Positions 10,426 to 20,731 of a DNA stretch of 64,000 bases are shown here, in pieces. The notes beneath the pieces were generated by a model that was not told the origin of the DNA, ran no database searches, and saw only the letters and a program-made list of their open reading frames with translations. Origin of the DNA: Minisyncoccota bacterium (GTDB taxonomy: Bacteria > Patescibacteriota > Minisyncoccia > Phycocordibacterales > UBA918); the NCBI GenBank assembly GCA_021129515.1, contig JAJOLD010000001.1, forward strand, positions 164,850 to 228,849. The letters run 5' to 3'. Numbering within the stretch: position 1 is the stretch's first letter; every line of letters starts with the position of its first letter. The position numbers and the translations under genes are program-made.

Positions 10426-10465
10426 GCGAAAAGAGCCCTCTCACTAGTGAGAGGGCTCTTTTCGC
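10426..10465. terminator. 19-bp perfect hairpin (gcgaaaagagccctctcac-tag-gtgagagggctcttttcgc), T-tract on minus-strand side
   Basis: seen directly; lies in the ~600-nt leader upstream of the cyclase gene. Confidence 0.4.
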
Positions 10466-10705
10466 TTAGAAAAACAAGATTATCAATGTCGTATTCAATC
10501 AAAATGTTCTCAGCCATTTTTTGAGCCTTGTCGTAGTTGGGAATTCCCATATATCTATAGTATCCACCTCCTCAGTAAAATGTAACTTATCCCCCATGCC
10601 CTCCTGACAACTTCCGTAAGAGGCATACCCTACGTATAGGACTCGTGCTTGCAGCGGGTTCGTTTTGGGTATAGGGTAGGAGGACATCCTTCACGTACGA
10701 GCAAC

Positions 10706-11287
10706 ATGTCAAAAAATCTGCACCAAGCGTCTATTCTTTTTTCTGACCTCTCTGGTTTCAGTAGGCTTTCTGAAAAAGAAATGGGGCTTTTTTTTGAAAT
10801 TGTACTCGACAGACTCACCCACATCATCACCAAAGAGAAACCGCTTGTTTCTAATACGTGGGGTGATGCACTCTACCTCGTTTTTGATAATACCGATGCA
10901 GCAGCACGCTGCGCACTGGCCATACGCGATACGGTCAAAAATACAGATTGGAAATCATGTCACATCACAAAAGATTTAAAAATGCGTATCGCACTGCATG
11001 CTGCCACCATAACGATGGTGACCGACCCAGTCACCCACAGAGATAATGCTGTTGGGGTTCAGGTAAATAAGGTTGCACGGCTCGAACCCGTGGTACCACC
11101 CAACGAAGTATTTGTCACCGAAGAATTTAAAAAAGCCACCAAACGTTCCAAGACCATACGTTTTGATGACATTGGGTTGGTGACCCTCGCAAAAAAATGG
11201 GGCAGTTCCCATATATACCGACTTCGCAGAAAAACTGATGCCGCATTACTCCCTACCGAGTACGTCGCACTCTTTCCAACGCAGTAA
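10706..11287 (+). CDS. minimal class III adenylate/guanylate cyclase catalytic domain protein (ORF extends to TTG at 10649)
   Basis: ILFSDLSGFSRL (metal Asp), WGDALYLVF, MRIALHAATI, GVQVNKVARLE cyclase-homology-domain motifs; no regulatory domain. Confidence 0.75.
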   Translation: MSKNLHQASILFSDLSGFSRLSEKEMGLFFEIVLDRLTHIITKEKPLVSNTWGDALYLVFDNTDAAARCALAIRDTVKNTDWKSCHITKDLKMRIALHAATITMVTDPVTHRDNAVGVQVNKVARLEPVVPPNEVFVTEEFKKATKRSKTIRFDDIGLVTLAKKWGSSHIYRLRRKTDAALLPTEYVALFPTQ

Positions 11288-11395
11288 AAGACAAAGGGCT
11301 ATACATGCACTTCTCTTCGCTTGTGTTGCATATAATGGAAAGGCCCCAGCATTACTGGAGCCCTTTGTTCTGTCGTGAGTACATGTGTGCTGCGC

Positions 11396-11626
11396 CTAGT
11401 CGATACTGAATGTAGGAACTTTAGGCATCGGCAGACCTCTCTCAAGCGCAGCTTCCAAAGATGGGCTAAATATACGACCCGCAGGATAAATCGTGAAAAA
11501 TGGACCTGTGCACTCTGCACCTGCTTGTACACATAGTGTATCGCGTATGTGCGGCGAATCTGCTTCATGTACACCTGTATCAGCATCATCTTCTGCTTCC
11601 AAACCCACAAAAAAAGTTTCACTCAT
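11396..11626 (-). CDS. hypothetical small acidic protein
   Basis: strong SD GGAGGTG 6 nt upstream of ATG; convergent with cyclase. Confidence 0.45.
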   Translation of the reverse strand: MSETFFVGLEAEDDADTGVHEADSPHIRDTLCVQAGAECTGPFFTIYPAGRIFSPSLEAALERGLPMPKVPTFSID

Positions 11627-11800
11627 GGCGCACCTCCAAAATCATTGAAGAACGTACTTACTCAGCCTACCATCAAATTACTCTACATGCCATATACCTA
11701 GTGCATATGGAGACGGAAAACCGTTACTGTGCCGTAACTTCAATCTGGTGATGAGGTTGTAAAAAAAGCTAGCAATCCCTTGCTAGCTTTTCTGTGCATA

Positions 11801-12160
11801 CTATGCCACCTGCAGCTCTTGGTTAATATCAGAACCAAACGATATAGATCGGTCTACAACGCGTGTTGTTATATAGTAAATCTGACTGGTATACAAGATA
11901 TGTGCTGCAGATTCACGTATACATTCACGCATCGCACGCCGTGCCACAACTGCTGCATACTCCATCGTAGAATGGGTGTCTTTTTGCTCTGGTTTTTGTA
12001 AGAATTGATCAGGATTCTCTACAATCCCTTTTTGTATATCCTCTTCTGAAGAATCTATTGGTAGAGTGAGTGTATGAACACTATATCCCAGTGGATACTC
12101 CTTATTTACGCGCGCATTTACGACCCACACAAACAGTGCTGCTGTGTCTTGTACTGACAT
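11801..12160 (-). CDS. hypothetical protein
   Basis: ORF track, 119 aa, no motif recognised. Confidence 0.35.
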   Translation of the reverse strand: MSVQDTAALFVWVVNARVNKEYPLGYSVHTLTLPIDSSEEDIQKGIVENPDQFLQKPEQKDTHSTMEYAAVVARRAMRECIRESAAHILYTSQIYYITTRVVDRSISFGSDINQELQVA

Positions 12161-12263
12161 ACGTTGTATAGTCTCCGTAGTATGTTTAAAAATGAACGAA
12201 ATTGTCCACCACAGAGTATACTGATAATTACCAGTATGTACAGTTTTTCTGTGGATAGCCGCT

Positions 12264-12566
12264 CTATGTCAACCGAAGTCGGTCAATCCGCTTTGCAAGA
12301 TCAAAATCTTTTGTGGTGAGCCCTTTCGGTTCATGGGTCGCTAGTTTCACCTTTACTTTGCCATAGGAGAGTTCAATGGTTGGATGATGGTCAATCACTT
12401 CAGCATGTACGGTAATCTTTGCAACAAAAGCAAGTGCCGTGATAAAAGATGGAAACGTAAATGTTTTAGAAAGTTGTGTATGCTTTTTGTTTGGCACCCA
12501 CTCAGAAAGTGCCTCAATGCGCTTTTGCACCTCCTTTTCTCCAAAGACCTTTGGTTTACACGGCAT
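12264..12566 (-). CDS. pterin-4a-carbinolamine dehydratase (PCD/DCoH) family
   Basis: 100 aa; AEVIDHHP and ATHEPKGLT motifs typical of PhhB. Confidence 0.6.
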   Translation of the reverse strand: MPCKPKVFGEKEVQKRIEALSEWVPNKKHTQLSKTFTFPSFITALAFVAKITVHAEVIDHHPTIELSYGKVKVKLATHEPKGLTTKDFDLAKRIDRLRLT

Positions 12567-12594
12567 ACTGTTTCACTCACTACAATACCACGAC

Positions 12595-13572
12595 TTAGTG
12601 CGCTGTATATAATGCATCTGTGAGTAGATGCTCAATTAATCCATCATACGTTCCACCAACCGCGTCGATAGCCCTAGGGACGAGCGATGCCGGCGTCAAT
12701 CCTGGCAAGGTATTTACTTCGAGAAAGTAGAGTGCATCATCAGCAACAATAAAATCAGAACGAGAATACTGTGACAATCCCAGTGTTTGATGAATATGTT
12801 GTGCTGCTTGTTCTATGTGCTGCTTTACCTCAGTATCAAAACGTGCCGGGCATATTTCCTCTGTCGCATCGTTATATTTCACCTCGTAGTCAAAAAAATC
12901 ACTGGTATGGGGCGGCACAATTTCAACTGGTGGGAGTGCGTAAAGTTGCTGTCCTCGATAACGCTCGATCACCCCGCAGGTTGCTTCGCGACCAATAATT
13001 CGCTGTTCCACAATCACCTCATCATAGGTCTCGAGTGCAGCTTTGAGCAGTTCAGGAAGATGTGCCGGACTCTCAACCATAACCGCACCAACCGAAGAGC
13101 CCAACGCCACCGGCTTAATGACGTAGCTTGGACCAAATGAATCAGCAATTCTATCGGTCACTGAAAACAGTGCCGGAAGCGAGCTGCGCGACACCAACAT
13201 ATGCGGAGCAAGCGCAAATGCAAGATCGGCAACATGATCCTTGGTGAGTGCTTTGTGCATCGCAAGTGCCGAGGCATACGCACCACTACCCGTATACGGA
13301 ACAGCGAGTCGGTCGAGTAATCGCTGTACCGTACCGTCTTCACCATAGGTGCCATGAAGTGCCACAAACACGACATCAACGCCTTGGAGGATTTGCTCTG
13401 GAAAGCGCACATACCCGTCAACGAGCCATTCTCCAGATTGCGTAATAACCACATCAATCGGGTCGTAGGTGGTTCTATCAATAGCAGCAAGCACTGAAGC
13501 GCCCGTTTGCATGGAAATATCGTATTCCACACTGGGACCTCCGCGAAGCACGGCTACACGAGTCTTTTGCAT
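12595..13572 (-). CDS. ddl: D-alanine--D-alanine ligase
   Basis: ATP-grasp; N-terminal VAVLRGGPSVEYDIS, C-terminal FLEVNTLPG motifs. Confidence 0.9.
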   Translation of the reverse strand: MQKTRVAVLRGGPSVEYDISMQTGASVLAAIDRTTYDPIDVVITQSGEWLVDGYVRFPEQILQGVDVVFVALHGTYGEDGTVQRLLDRLAVPYTGSGAYASALAMHKALTKDHVADLAFALAPHMLVSRSSLPALFSVTDRIADSFGPSYVIKPVALGSSVGAVMVESPAHLPELLKAALETYDEVIVEQRIIGREATCGVIERYRGQQLYALPPVEIVPPHTSDFFDYEVKYNDATEEICPARFDTEVKQHIEQAAQHIHQTLGLSQYSRSDFIVADDALYFLEVNTLPGLTPASLVPRAIDAVGGTYDGLIEHLLTDALYTAH

Positions 13573-13625
13573 ACCTAAATTCTAACACATGGCATAGGTG
13601 AAAAGTTGTATGCATCATGCGGTAG

Positions 13626-14864
13626 CTAGAATGTTCTTTTTTGTTTGTGATAGGTAATAGCAAAGCGATGCGACTCTGCATTTGCAAGCAAGATACTGTC
13701 TCGATGTGTCGTAATCAAGTCACCAGGACCGATAAACTTTTTAGGCTTGTGGTGTTTGTCTTTCACCACGCCCACCACGGGAATTGAAATATTCTGCGCC
13801 CTGAGCACTGCCTCCACAGCGTTTTTCTGCGCAGTGGCTCCATCCACCACAATAAGTTCGGGCAACGGCCATGCATCGTGCTTTAAGCGACGCTCAAGCA
13901 CCTCAGTGAGCGATGCAGGGTCGTTTGCATCTGTCAAAGTTTTGATTTTAAACTTTCTATACTCACTTTTTTCGGGTTGTCCGTGTTCAACCACAACCAT
14001 AACGCCCACCATATCTTTCCCACGCATATGTGAGATATCATACCCTTCAATACGAAATGTTTTTTCGTCCCGGCAGAACCGAGATTCCTTTTTAATCAAC
14101 GCGATATCTTGAATGTGTGTGAGCGCATGCACTTTTTTACGAATTGCAATTGCTTCTTCAAACCGCTCTGCTTTGGCAAGCTGCATCATATCTCGGTTCA
14201 GCTCCTTGATAATCTGCTTTTTCTTTCCTTGAAACAAAAGCCGTATGTGCCGAATTGTTTTTATATATTCCTCTTTGTTTTCTTCACTCGGGTAGAGTCC
14301 GATTTGCCGGTTGAAATCAATTTTTCCGCGTTCCATTTTTGATGACGCTTCAGTCACTGGTTTTTTCGTATCGTAGTATTGAAACAACTTACGCACAATG
14401 CGCAAGGCTTCTTTAAAGAGCATACCGTGTGGAAAGGGTCCAAACGTATACTTAATATCTTTTTCCTCATAGTGCTCCGTGAGGTCTTTGCCGCGCACGA
14501 CCAAGAGCCGTGGAAATTCCTCGTTGGTGATGATGAGGTGGTTGTAGCTTTTGTCGTCTTTTGAACGAGTATTGAAATGAGGTTTATGGGTTCGAATGAG
14601 GTTTGCCTCAAGAATAAGTGCTTCAAGCACTGAGTCAGTCTCTGTGTATTCAACCGTTTCTGCAGTCGCTACCATTTGCGCAATAAGCGCGCTACGTTTT
14701 TCTACAATATCATCAGCAAAGTAGCTCCGCACCCGACTACGGAGTGAGGTTGCTTTGCCAATATAGAGTATTTCTTTCTGACTGCCGAGAAAAAAATACA
14801 CCCCCGGTTTGTCAGGAATATCATTTGGGATGTCACACTTTTGCATAGAAAAACAATACCACAC
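13626..14864 (-). CDS. uvrC: excinuclease ABC subunit C, short form lacking C-terminal (HhH)2 domain
   Basis: GIY-YIG N-terminus (PGVYFF...ILYIGKA), UvrB-interaction region, RNase H-like domain ending ESHRFAITYHKQKR. Confidence 0.8.
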   Translation of the reverse strand: MWYCFSMQKCDIPNDIPDKPGVYFFLGSQKEILYIGKATSLRSRVRSYFADDIVEKRSALIAQMVATAETVEYTETDSVLEALILEANLIRTHKPHFNTRSKDDKSYNHLIITNEEFPRLLVVRGKDLTEHYEEKDIKYTFGPFPHGMLFKEALRIVRKLFQYYDTKKPVTEASSKMERGKIDFNRQIGLYPSEENKEEYIKTIRHIRLLFQGKKKQIIKELNRDMMQLAKAERFEEAIAIRKKVHALTHIQDIALIKKESRFCRDEKTFRIEGYDISHMRGKDMVGVMVVVEHGQPEKSEYRKFKIKTLTDANDPASLTEVLERRLKHDAWPLPELIVVDGATAQKNAVEAVLRAQNISIPVVGVVKDKHHKPKKFIGPGDLITTHRDSILLANAESHRFAITYHKQKRTF

Positions 14865-15171
14865 TCGTGATACGTGTGTGCATGTCTAGGCTTGCGCAAA
14901 AAGAACTTGCGCGTATACTGAGTGTGTAGGGTTAGGTTGTGTTCGCACTATACTAAGCCCTCCCAGGATGAAGTTGCGCCACGCGCAACACCAAATTTCC
15001 TATCTTGTTCTTTCACGGAATCACCATGATTCCCCCACTGTTCTTCTCTCGAAGAAATTTCTCTATAAGCCCGTCAATACGACGGTGCTTTTTATTATTC
15101 ATTCAGAGACACAAATAAAAGATTCCGTATACCATACGCCATACAGGGGTCCGACCCCTGTATGGACAGCA

Positions 15172-16599
15172 CTAATACAACTTGCGCATGACCGTCTTTG
15201 CAAAGGGTGTGAGCTTGTCTTTAAAGTACCCTGAGATGACCCGCTTATTAATACGCGTCGCAGCTGGATATGGATAGGTTTTATTGAACAACGCTGACAC
15301 ACGCAGCCCACTCGACATCGCGAGTATCAACTCTTGCACAAGCTCGCCCGCACCCCGCGCAACCATACTTCCTCCAAAGAGCGTCCCTTTCTTTGGGTGC
15401 ACCAAGAGCTTCACTCTGCCAGACGTTGCACCCTCGGTAATCGCTCGGTCATCATGAACAAACGACTCTTCGAGTACTCGATACGATATGTTCCGTTCTT
15501 TAAGCACTGCTTCACTGAGCCCGAAAGTTGCTATTTCAGGTGTGGTATACGTAACCCAGCTCATGTGGTCGGTGTTGAGCTTTTTTTTGAAAAACGGCAC
15601 AAAGAAGTTGCGGAGTATCACACCCGCATGTAGCTCTGCCGCATGGGTGAACTGGTGTTGCCCTGCAGCGTCACCACACACAAACACACGAGGATTCGAA
15701 GTGCGTAGATATTGGTCAAGGATAATTTTGCCACAATCATCAGTGTTAATGCCCGCATTCCCAAGCCCTAGTGTATCGACATTGAGCACACGACCAATAG
15801 AGACCAAAAGCGCATCAAAGGGCAATGCCGTTTCTTCGCTCCCCTCCGCATCACGCACAATCAGGTGCCCATCCTCAATACGCAGCACCTCCTTTTTAAA
15901 GTGCAATGCAACACCATCTTCGAGTAATTGCCCCAAGAGCACCTCAGACATAGCTTTGTCCTCACGTGCAAGTATTTGCGCGTCATTAGTCACCATAGAC
16001 ACCTCGCTCCCTAGTTGCCTGAATGCCTGACCAAGCTCTACACCAATAGGACCCGCACCAATCACCACGAGTTTCTTAGGCAGTGTTTTAAGATTGAAAA
16101 TAGTTTCATTGGTATGTATCACACCTGCGTCAGTCGCTTCTTTGATACCGGGAATGTCGAGTGTGCGTGACCTGGAGCCCGTTGCAATCACAATTTTTTT
16201 GCTGGTGTATTCCTTCCCGGCGACTGACACCGCATCTTTTGACCTAAAGGTTGCGTGTCCCAAAACCACATCAATACCCATACCGCGGAAATGCTCTGCA
16301 TTTTCATGCTCACGTATCGTCTCCCGCGCCCCGTTCACATGCGCCATCACCTTTTCCATATCCACCACACCCTCCTGCGTCACTCCATACTGCGTAGCTT
16401 GCTTCCCCGCAGCAACCGTGCGCGCTGCATGTATCAATGCCTTTGAAGGCACACAGCCATAGTTGAGACAATCACCGCCAATACTCGTGTCTGATTTGTC
16501 GATAAGGAGCACCCGACACCCAACCGTGTTCATAAACACCGCAATATTGAGTCCTCCTGCTCCTGCACCGATCACGATAATGTCATATATATCTTGCAC
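15172..16599 (-). CDS. FAD-dependent pyridine nucleotide-disulfide oxidoreductase (dihydrolipoyl dehydrogenase / mercuric reductase class I family)
   Basis: GAGAGG FAD fold, redox-active GGDCLNYGCVPSK, second Rossmann VVIGAGPIG, dimerisation domain. Confidence 0.85.
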   Translation of the reverse strand: MQDIYDIIVIGAGAGGLNIAVFMNTVGCRVLLIDKSDTSIGGDCLNYGCVPSKALIHAARTVAAGKQATQYGVTQEGVVDMEKVMAHVNGARETIREHENAEHFRGMGIDVVLGHATFRSKDAVSVAGKEYTSKKIVIATGSRSRTLDIPGIKEATDAGVIHTNETIFNLKTLPKKLVVIGAGPIGVELGQAFRQLGSEVSMVTNDAQILAREDKAMSEVLLGQLLEDGVALHFKKEVLRIEDGHLIVRDAEGSEETALPFDALLVSIGRVLNVDTLGLGNAGINTDDCGKIILDQYLRTSNPRVFVCGDAAGQHQFTHAAELHAGVILRNFFVPFFKKKLNTDHMSWVTYTTPEIATFGLSEAVLKERNISYRVLEESFVHDDRAITEGATSGRVKLLVHPKKGTLFGGSMVARGAGELVQELILAMSSGLRVSALFNKTYPYPAATRINKRVISGYFKDKLTPFAKTVMRKLY

Positions 16600-16697
16600 A
16601 GCATGAGTATAACAGGTAAAGCAGACTATACATTTACCCGCACCGTGTATAAAAAAAGACCCCAGGTTCCCCCCGGGATATTCAATGAATCATCGCA

Positions 16698-17276
16698 TTA
16701 CCAAATAATAGTCACACCAAGCAACAGCAGTGCACAGCAACTAGCAACGAGCTGACCGTTACTCACCGTAGTTGTGCGGGACACAATTTCATCCAATGAG
16801 CCAGCACCAGTGTTGTGTTTCTTTTGACGTGTATAGAATGCCAATACACCTTCATCAGGAACACGTCGTAACGTTCCATCTGACAAAGACCAGTGCGACC
16901 ACACAAACGGCGACAGCCAATGGAGCCCTTGTTTTTGTACAGAATCATGTACAAAATGTCCCATCAGACACGTAAGTGCAAGTACCGTGTAGTACTATTC
17001 AGCACCCTCTGGAGCTATGATATATGCACACAGCACACCCAACGGAATGATAGGAAGCGGATGGTGTCCAAACACCCAGTGCCCATTAGCCTTGTTTTTG
17101 CCCACAGCAAAGGAACCTTTATACTTTTTCCAGAGCAAGTATGGAATCATATCACCCTCAGGTGCATGCCCCATAAATACTGTAAAACAAAATGCCAGTA
17201 CACCAAATTCTTGCTGGAAGGCAAGCGCAACAATACCATATAGTATCACTGACATACTCATATCAACACCAAACAA
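16698..17276 (-). pseudogene. possible frameshifted membrane-protein gene (two adjacent ORFs 16698-16964 and 16995-17276 in different frames)
   Basis: both pieces hydrophobic; no motif; weak. Confidence 0.2.
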
Positions 17277-17390
17277 AATGCTGATGAGTGTTTTTTATAC
17301 CAGTTACCACTCTTATGTAACCCACATCTATCTCCTTGAAAAACCTGAAAGGATTATGCAACAAAAAAATATTATTTAGCAAGCTTCACC

Positions 17391-18386
17391 CTATAGTTTC
17401 CATACTACGCCATTATCCTGGTGATGCTGCACCCACGAGAACCACATTTCGTAATAACCAGGGACCGGGAAACCATCTTCAGTCACAACTATTGCACTGT
17501 TTTCTTTCTTTGCAGTATATGTTTTGCCTCCATGCTCAAACGTACTTGTACTTCCCTCCTTGAGTGCTTCCATGGCAAACACAATCGAGGCATTGGGGCG
17601 CGGAATCACATACATAATAGTCTTTCCAAAGAAGCGATTGTCTTCTATAGAAATTGGGAAATAGGTCCCTTCGGTTTCTTCGTAACCACTATATGGATTA
17701 CGTCCATAGTTGCGTCCATGCCCAGTATCAGTACTCAAAACACGCGCCTCGGAATGGTGTGCCTGTACCTCCGCAAAACTAAGCAGCTGCATAGGCAAGA
17801 TTTCGAGTTTGGTACCGGTACGCTCACCCACGACTGCCTCGCCTCGCGCTTGTGACCACAGCGATTCTCCCCCGCGGTCATACATCAACAAATTCGACTC
17901 GTAGAGCATGCCACTGACACCAAAGGTCACAATTGTGTCACCAAGGTCACGATTAAACACAATCCCCGACCCACAGAGCGGGCAGAAGGTCGCGGCAAAG
18001 TGCGTATCTCCTACAGTGTCGTTCACAATCTCATGCCATACCAAAATACTGTATGGGTAGTATCGTTTTTCTCCATCAAACTCGACCAAAATACCGAGTG
18101 TGTCCGGCAGCACGTCTGCCCCAGCAACACTCGTAAAGGCTGGTTCGTCAATCGACGGAATACCGTCTTTACCCGGACCACCACTAAATATGAGCGATTG
18201 GTCAATAGACGACTTTTCAGTATTGGTTAGCAACCCACGACCCAAAAATCCTTGCTCAAACGATGCCTCAGTACCCGCTGCAGGTGCATACCCTGTCACC
18301 TGTTCTGTGTCACGCGAGTGCAAAAAGAAATACACCCCACCAAGCAATAAAATGGTTATGCCAATGAATATCGAATATTGTTTCAT
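17391..18386 (-). CDS. DUF3179-family protein, N-terminal TM anchor
   Basis: pattern YPYSILVWHEIVND...FCPLCGSG...MLYESNLLMYD typical of DUF3179. Confidence 0.5.
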   Translation of the reverse strand: MKQYSIFIGITILLLGGVYFFLHSRDTEQVTGYAPAAGTEASFEQGFLGRGLLTNTEKSSIDQSLIFSGGPGKDGIPSIDEPAFTSVAGADVLPDTLGILVEFDGEKRYYPYSILVWHEIVNDTVGDTHFAATFCPLCGSGIVFNRDLGDTIVTFGVSGMLYESNLLMYDRGGESLWSQARGEAVVGERTGTKLEILPMQLLSFAEVQAHHSEARVLSTDTGHGRNYGRNPYSGYEETEGTYFPISIEDNRFFGKTIMYVIPRPNASIVFAMEALKEGSTSTFEHGGKTYTAKKENSAIVVTEDGFPVPGYYEMWFSWVQHHQDNGVVWKL

Positions 18387-18503
18387 ACTTTGTGTCGCTT
18401 AGTGTGTAATAGGTAAGTATGAGTATAGCATATATGTAAAGTAAAGTTTACATCTCCATACAAAAAAAAGCCCCTCGTGGCGGAGAAGCTTAAATCGGGT
18501 ATA

Positions 18504-18947
18504 TCAGGCACATACTCTTATTGTCTCATGAGCCTGTGCATGCATCGATTCCCTATATATGCGATGCAGAAATGATGCTGTTCTAAATTTCATTTCAAAA
18601 TCATCCGTGTCAAGTTCTTCATTGAGATACGTTCTATAGAACAGGGTCCCCGTCTGGATTGCTGACAGCGGAAACTCCCTCCCGACACACAACTCAGATA
18701 TACCTTGGGCGTCACGGACTTTAATCAGTAGTGTGCTTCTTGAAACTTTCCAAACAGCACACTCACAGCCCCATGTTCTATCAGTGATAAAAAAGAATAC
18801 ACGCTGAGGCAATTCCTGCATCAGACCATCAATGTAGCGTCGTAGTGCTTGCGGCTTTTTTAACACGGTCCTTACTCGTCTCATGAAATACACCTCTCTA
18901 AAGATCGTTTGCTTTAGACTGCAGGAAAACAAGGACTTTGTCAACAC
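18504..18947 (-). CDS. hypothetical protein
   Basis: ORF track, 147 aa. Confidence 0.3.
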   Translation of the reverse strand: MLTKSLFSCSLKQTIFREVYFMRRVRTVLKKPQALRRYIDGLMQELPQRVFFFITDRTWGCECAVWKVSRSTLLIKVRDAQGISELCVGREFPLSAIQTGTLFYRTYLNEELDTDDFEMKFRTASFLHRIYRESMHAQAHETIRVCA

Positions 18948-19025
18948 AAAACCACGGCTGGACCATGGCTTTGTGTATTGTCTTTTTTCTTGTTGTAGGC
19001 TATGAGGTTGTAGTGAAATATACAG

Positions 19026-19544
19026 CTAGTCTTGTGAACCAAATCCGCGACCTTCACCTCCCCTGTGTGCACCCTTGCCCTTCTTGTGTTCAGGTCGTTC
19101 GAGTCCTAGCTCTTCAAAAATTTCCTTGGCACCCTCTCGGTCACCCGCTTCTTTGAGCTCATGTGCTTCTACAATTTTTTTGAAATCACTTTCTGAGTTG
19201 ATTGTATCTTCCAGTCGCGTTCCTTCAATGGCGTCTTGGAATGCATCGTAGTCTTCGTCATCAATCGCTGCATGGATTTCCTCGCGCATTGTCGTGCGGT
19301 ACTCACGAGCGGCAGTCCGGATTTCATGCATTGTTTCTCGGTCAAGGTCAGCATCGTCGAGCACTGCAATAATTTCTGTCCGGTCAGCACCTTCCATACG
19401 GAGTTCGTGTACCGCTTCGAGCGCTGCTACTTGATCACTTGAGAGGTCAACGTCGATTTTGTCGAGTATATCAGTATTAAATGCACTGACACTTGTTGCA
19501 GTCACAGCAAACGCGGCAACGGGAATAAATAATTGTTTCATCAT
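19026..19544 (-). CDS. secreted acidic alpha-helical protein (signal peptide MMKQLFIPVAAFAVTATSVSAF)
   Basis: signal peptide plus charged helical body; palindromic motif upstream. Confidence 0.5.
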   Translation of the reverse strand: MMKQLFIPVAAFAVTATSVSAFNTDILDKIDVDLSSDQVAALEAVHELRMEGADRTEIIAVLDDADLDRETMHEIRTAAREYRTTMREEIHAAIDDEDYDAFQDAIEGTRLEDTINSESDFKKIVEAHELKEAGDREGAKEIFEELGLERPEHKKGKGAHRGGEGRGFGSQD

Positions 19545-19766
19545 ATGTTAGTTGTTAGTACGTAATAAGTAGTACGTTGTTGGTAATAGAGCTATCATTG
19601 CAATGTGTTCCAGAGGCGACCGCACATGCGCCCGCCTCACCTATTACTACATCACCACCGCATACTTATTTCAAAAAACACTCCAGAGATATCTAAAGTG
19701 CGCTGTGTTGTATTGCAGATAGCTATATCAGTGGTGTATACAAAACTTTTTGTATATCAAAAATAC

Positions 19767-19792
19767 AGTATGACGTTACATTGTATCATACT
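19767..19792. promoter_or_regulatory. 26-bp imperfect palindrome AGTATGACGTTACATTGTATCATACT (site 1)
   Basis: identical at 35742-35767, 1 change at 41715-41740; all intergenic. Confidence 0.6.
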
Positions 19793-19829
19793 AGTATAGT
19801 GGCGTCGGTTATACTCAAAAACGATGTAC

Positions 19830-20048
19830 CTATACGAGATACCGCTCAATTTCCTCAACCGCTTCTGCCACAATCTCGGCATCAGCGTCATCGATGAGTC
19901 CTTGCTGGAGTGTCTCAAGTACACGATGAATCTCTGCAGGGTTATATCCCCGCTCCTTTATTTTCAATGCTTCTTTGAGTACAAAATTTTCTTCATACGT
20001 ACTCTTCTTGAGTGCAGTATCAAATAGTTTGGTGAATGGATGTGGCAT
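19830..20048 (-). CDS. hypothetical small helical protein
   Basis: 72 aa ORF. Confidence 0.3.
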   Translation of the reverse strand: MPHPFTKLFDTALKKSTYEENFVLKEALKIKERGYNPAEIHRVLETLQQGLIDDADAEIVAEAVEEIERYLV

Positions 20049-20160
20049 AGTGTCTCGAGTAATTACCCTACCGATGGAAAAAGAAATCTTTTTTCTTAAT
20101 TAATTTTTGCACCAACGACTCCCAATACGGCACCACTGCTGCTGAAAGTGCTATTTTATC

Positions 20161-20655
20161 TTACTTATTGGTGACCAACGTATCAAAGGAGATGTCATAC
20201 TCTTTCCACATTGACTGCTTTGTTTCCATACTAATGTTCAACGGGTCAACGAGTTTATCGACCGCATATACAAATGCAGCCTCTGGTGTATTGCGTGCAT
20301 GGTACTCATGAATCGCTGCCACAAGTTCCGGGAATTCTGCATATTCCTTTTCTATACGCTGCAGTGCTTTTGCTTCACGAGCATCTTTGGTCTTCTTTGC
20401 TTCTTCATCATAAGCAAACGTATCACCAGCATATACCTCAACAATGTCGTGTGCGAGTGCATACTTCAACACACGCTCATGATCTAAGTCAAGCCGCTCA
20501 ACAGTCATGAGGCACCAACAATGCATCGCCAACTCAAATGTATGCTCAGCAGTATTAGTCTGTGCATGTTCATCGGGTCGCCGCGCAACACGCGTAACGC
20601 GCTCCACGTCATGCAGCAGGCGCGCAAAATGTTCTAGTTTTTCGAGCGAGGACAT
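20161..20655 (-). CDS. HD-domain phosphohydrolase (YfbR-like 5'-deoxynucleotidase family)
   Basis: H...HD...D metal motif (HTFELAMH, AHDIVEVYAGD). Confidence 0.6.
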   Translation of the reverse strand: MSSLEKLEHFARLLHDVERVTRVARRPDEHAQTNTAEHTFELAMHCWCLMTVERLDLDHERVLKYALAHDIVEVYAGDTFAYDEEAKKTKDAREAKALQRIEKEYAEFPELVAAIHEYHARNTPEAAFVYAVDKLVDPLNISMETKQSMWKEYDISFDTLVTNK

Positions 20656-20731
20656 ATGCCGAGTATAGCAAGAAATAAAAAAATCGGCACAGCAGCGCCG
20701 ATTTTTTTATATGTATGGAGTAGCTATCCGT

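Noticed and set aside
10706-12160. Complete Pycsar-type cyclase + effector operon
   Set aside because: Cyclase motifs are clear but no same-strand downstream effector gene exists; the two neighbouring small proteins are convergent and unrecognised. Kept only as a solo-cyclase observation.
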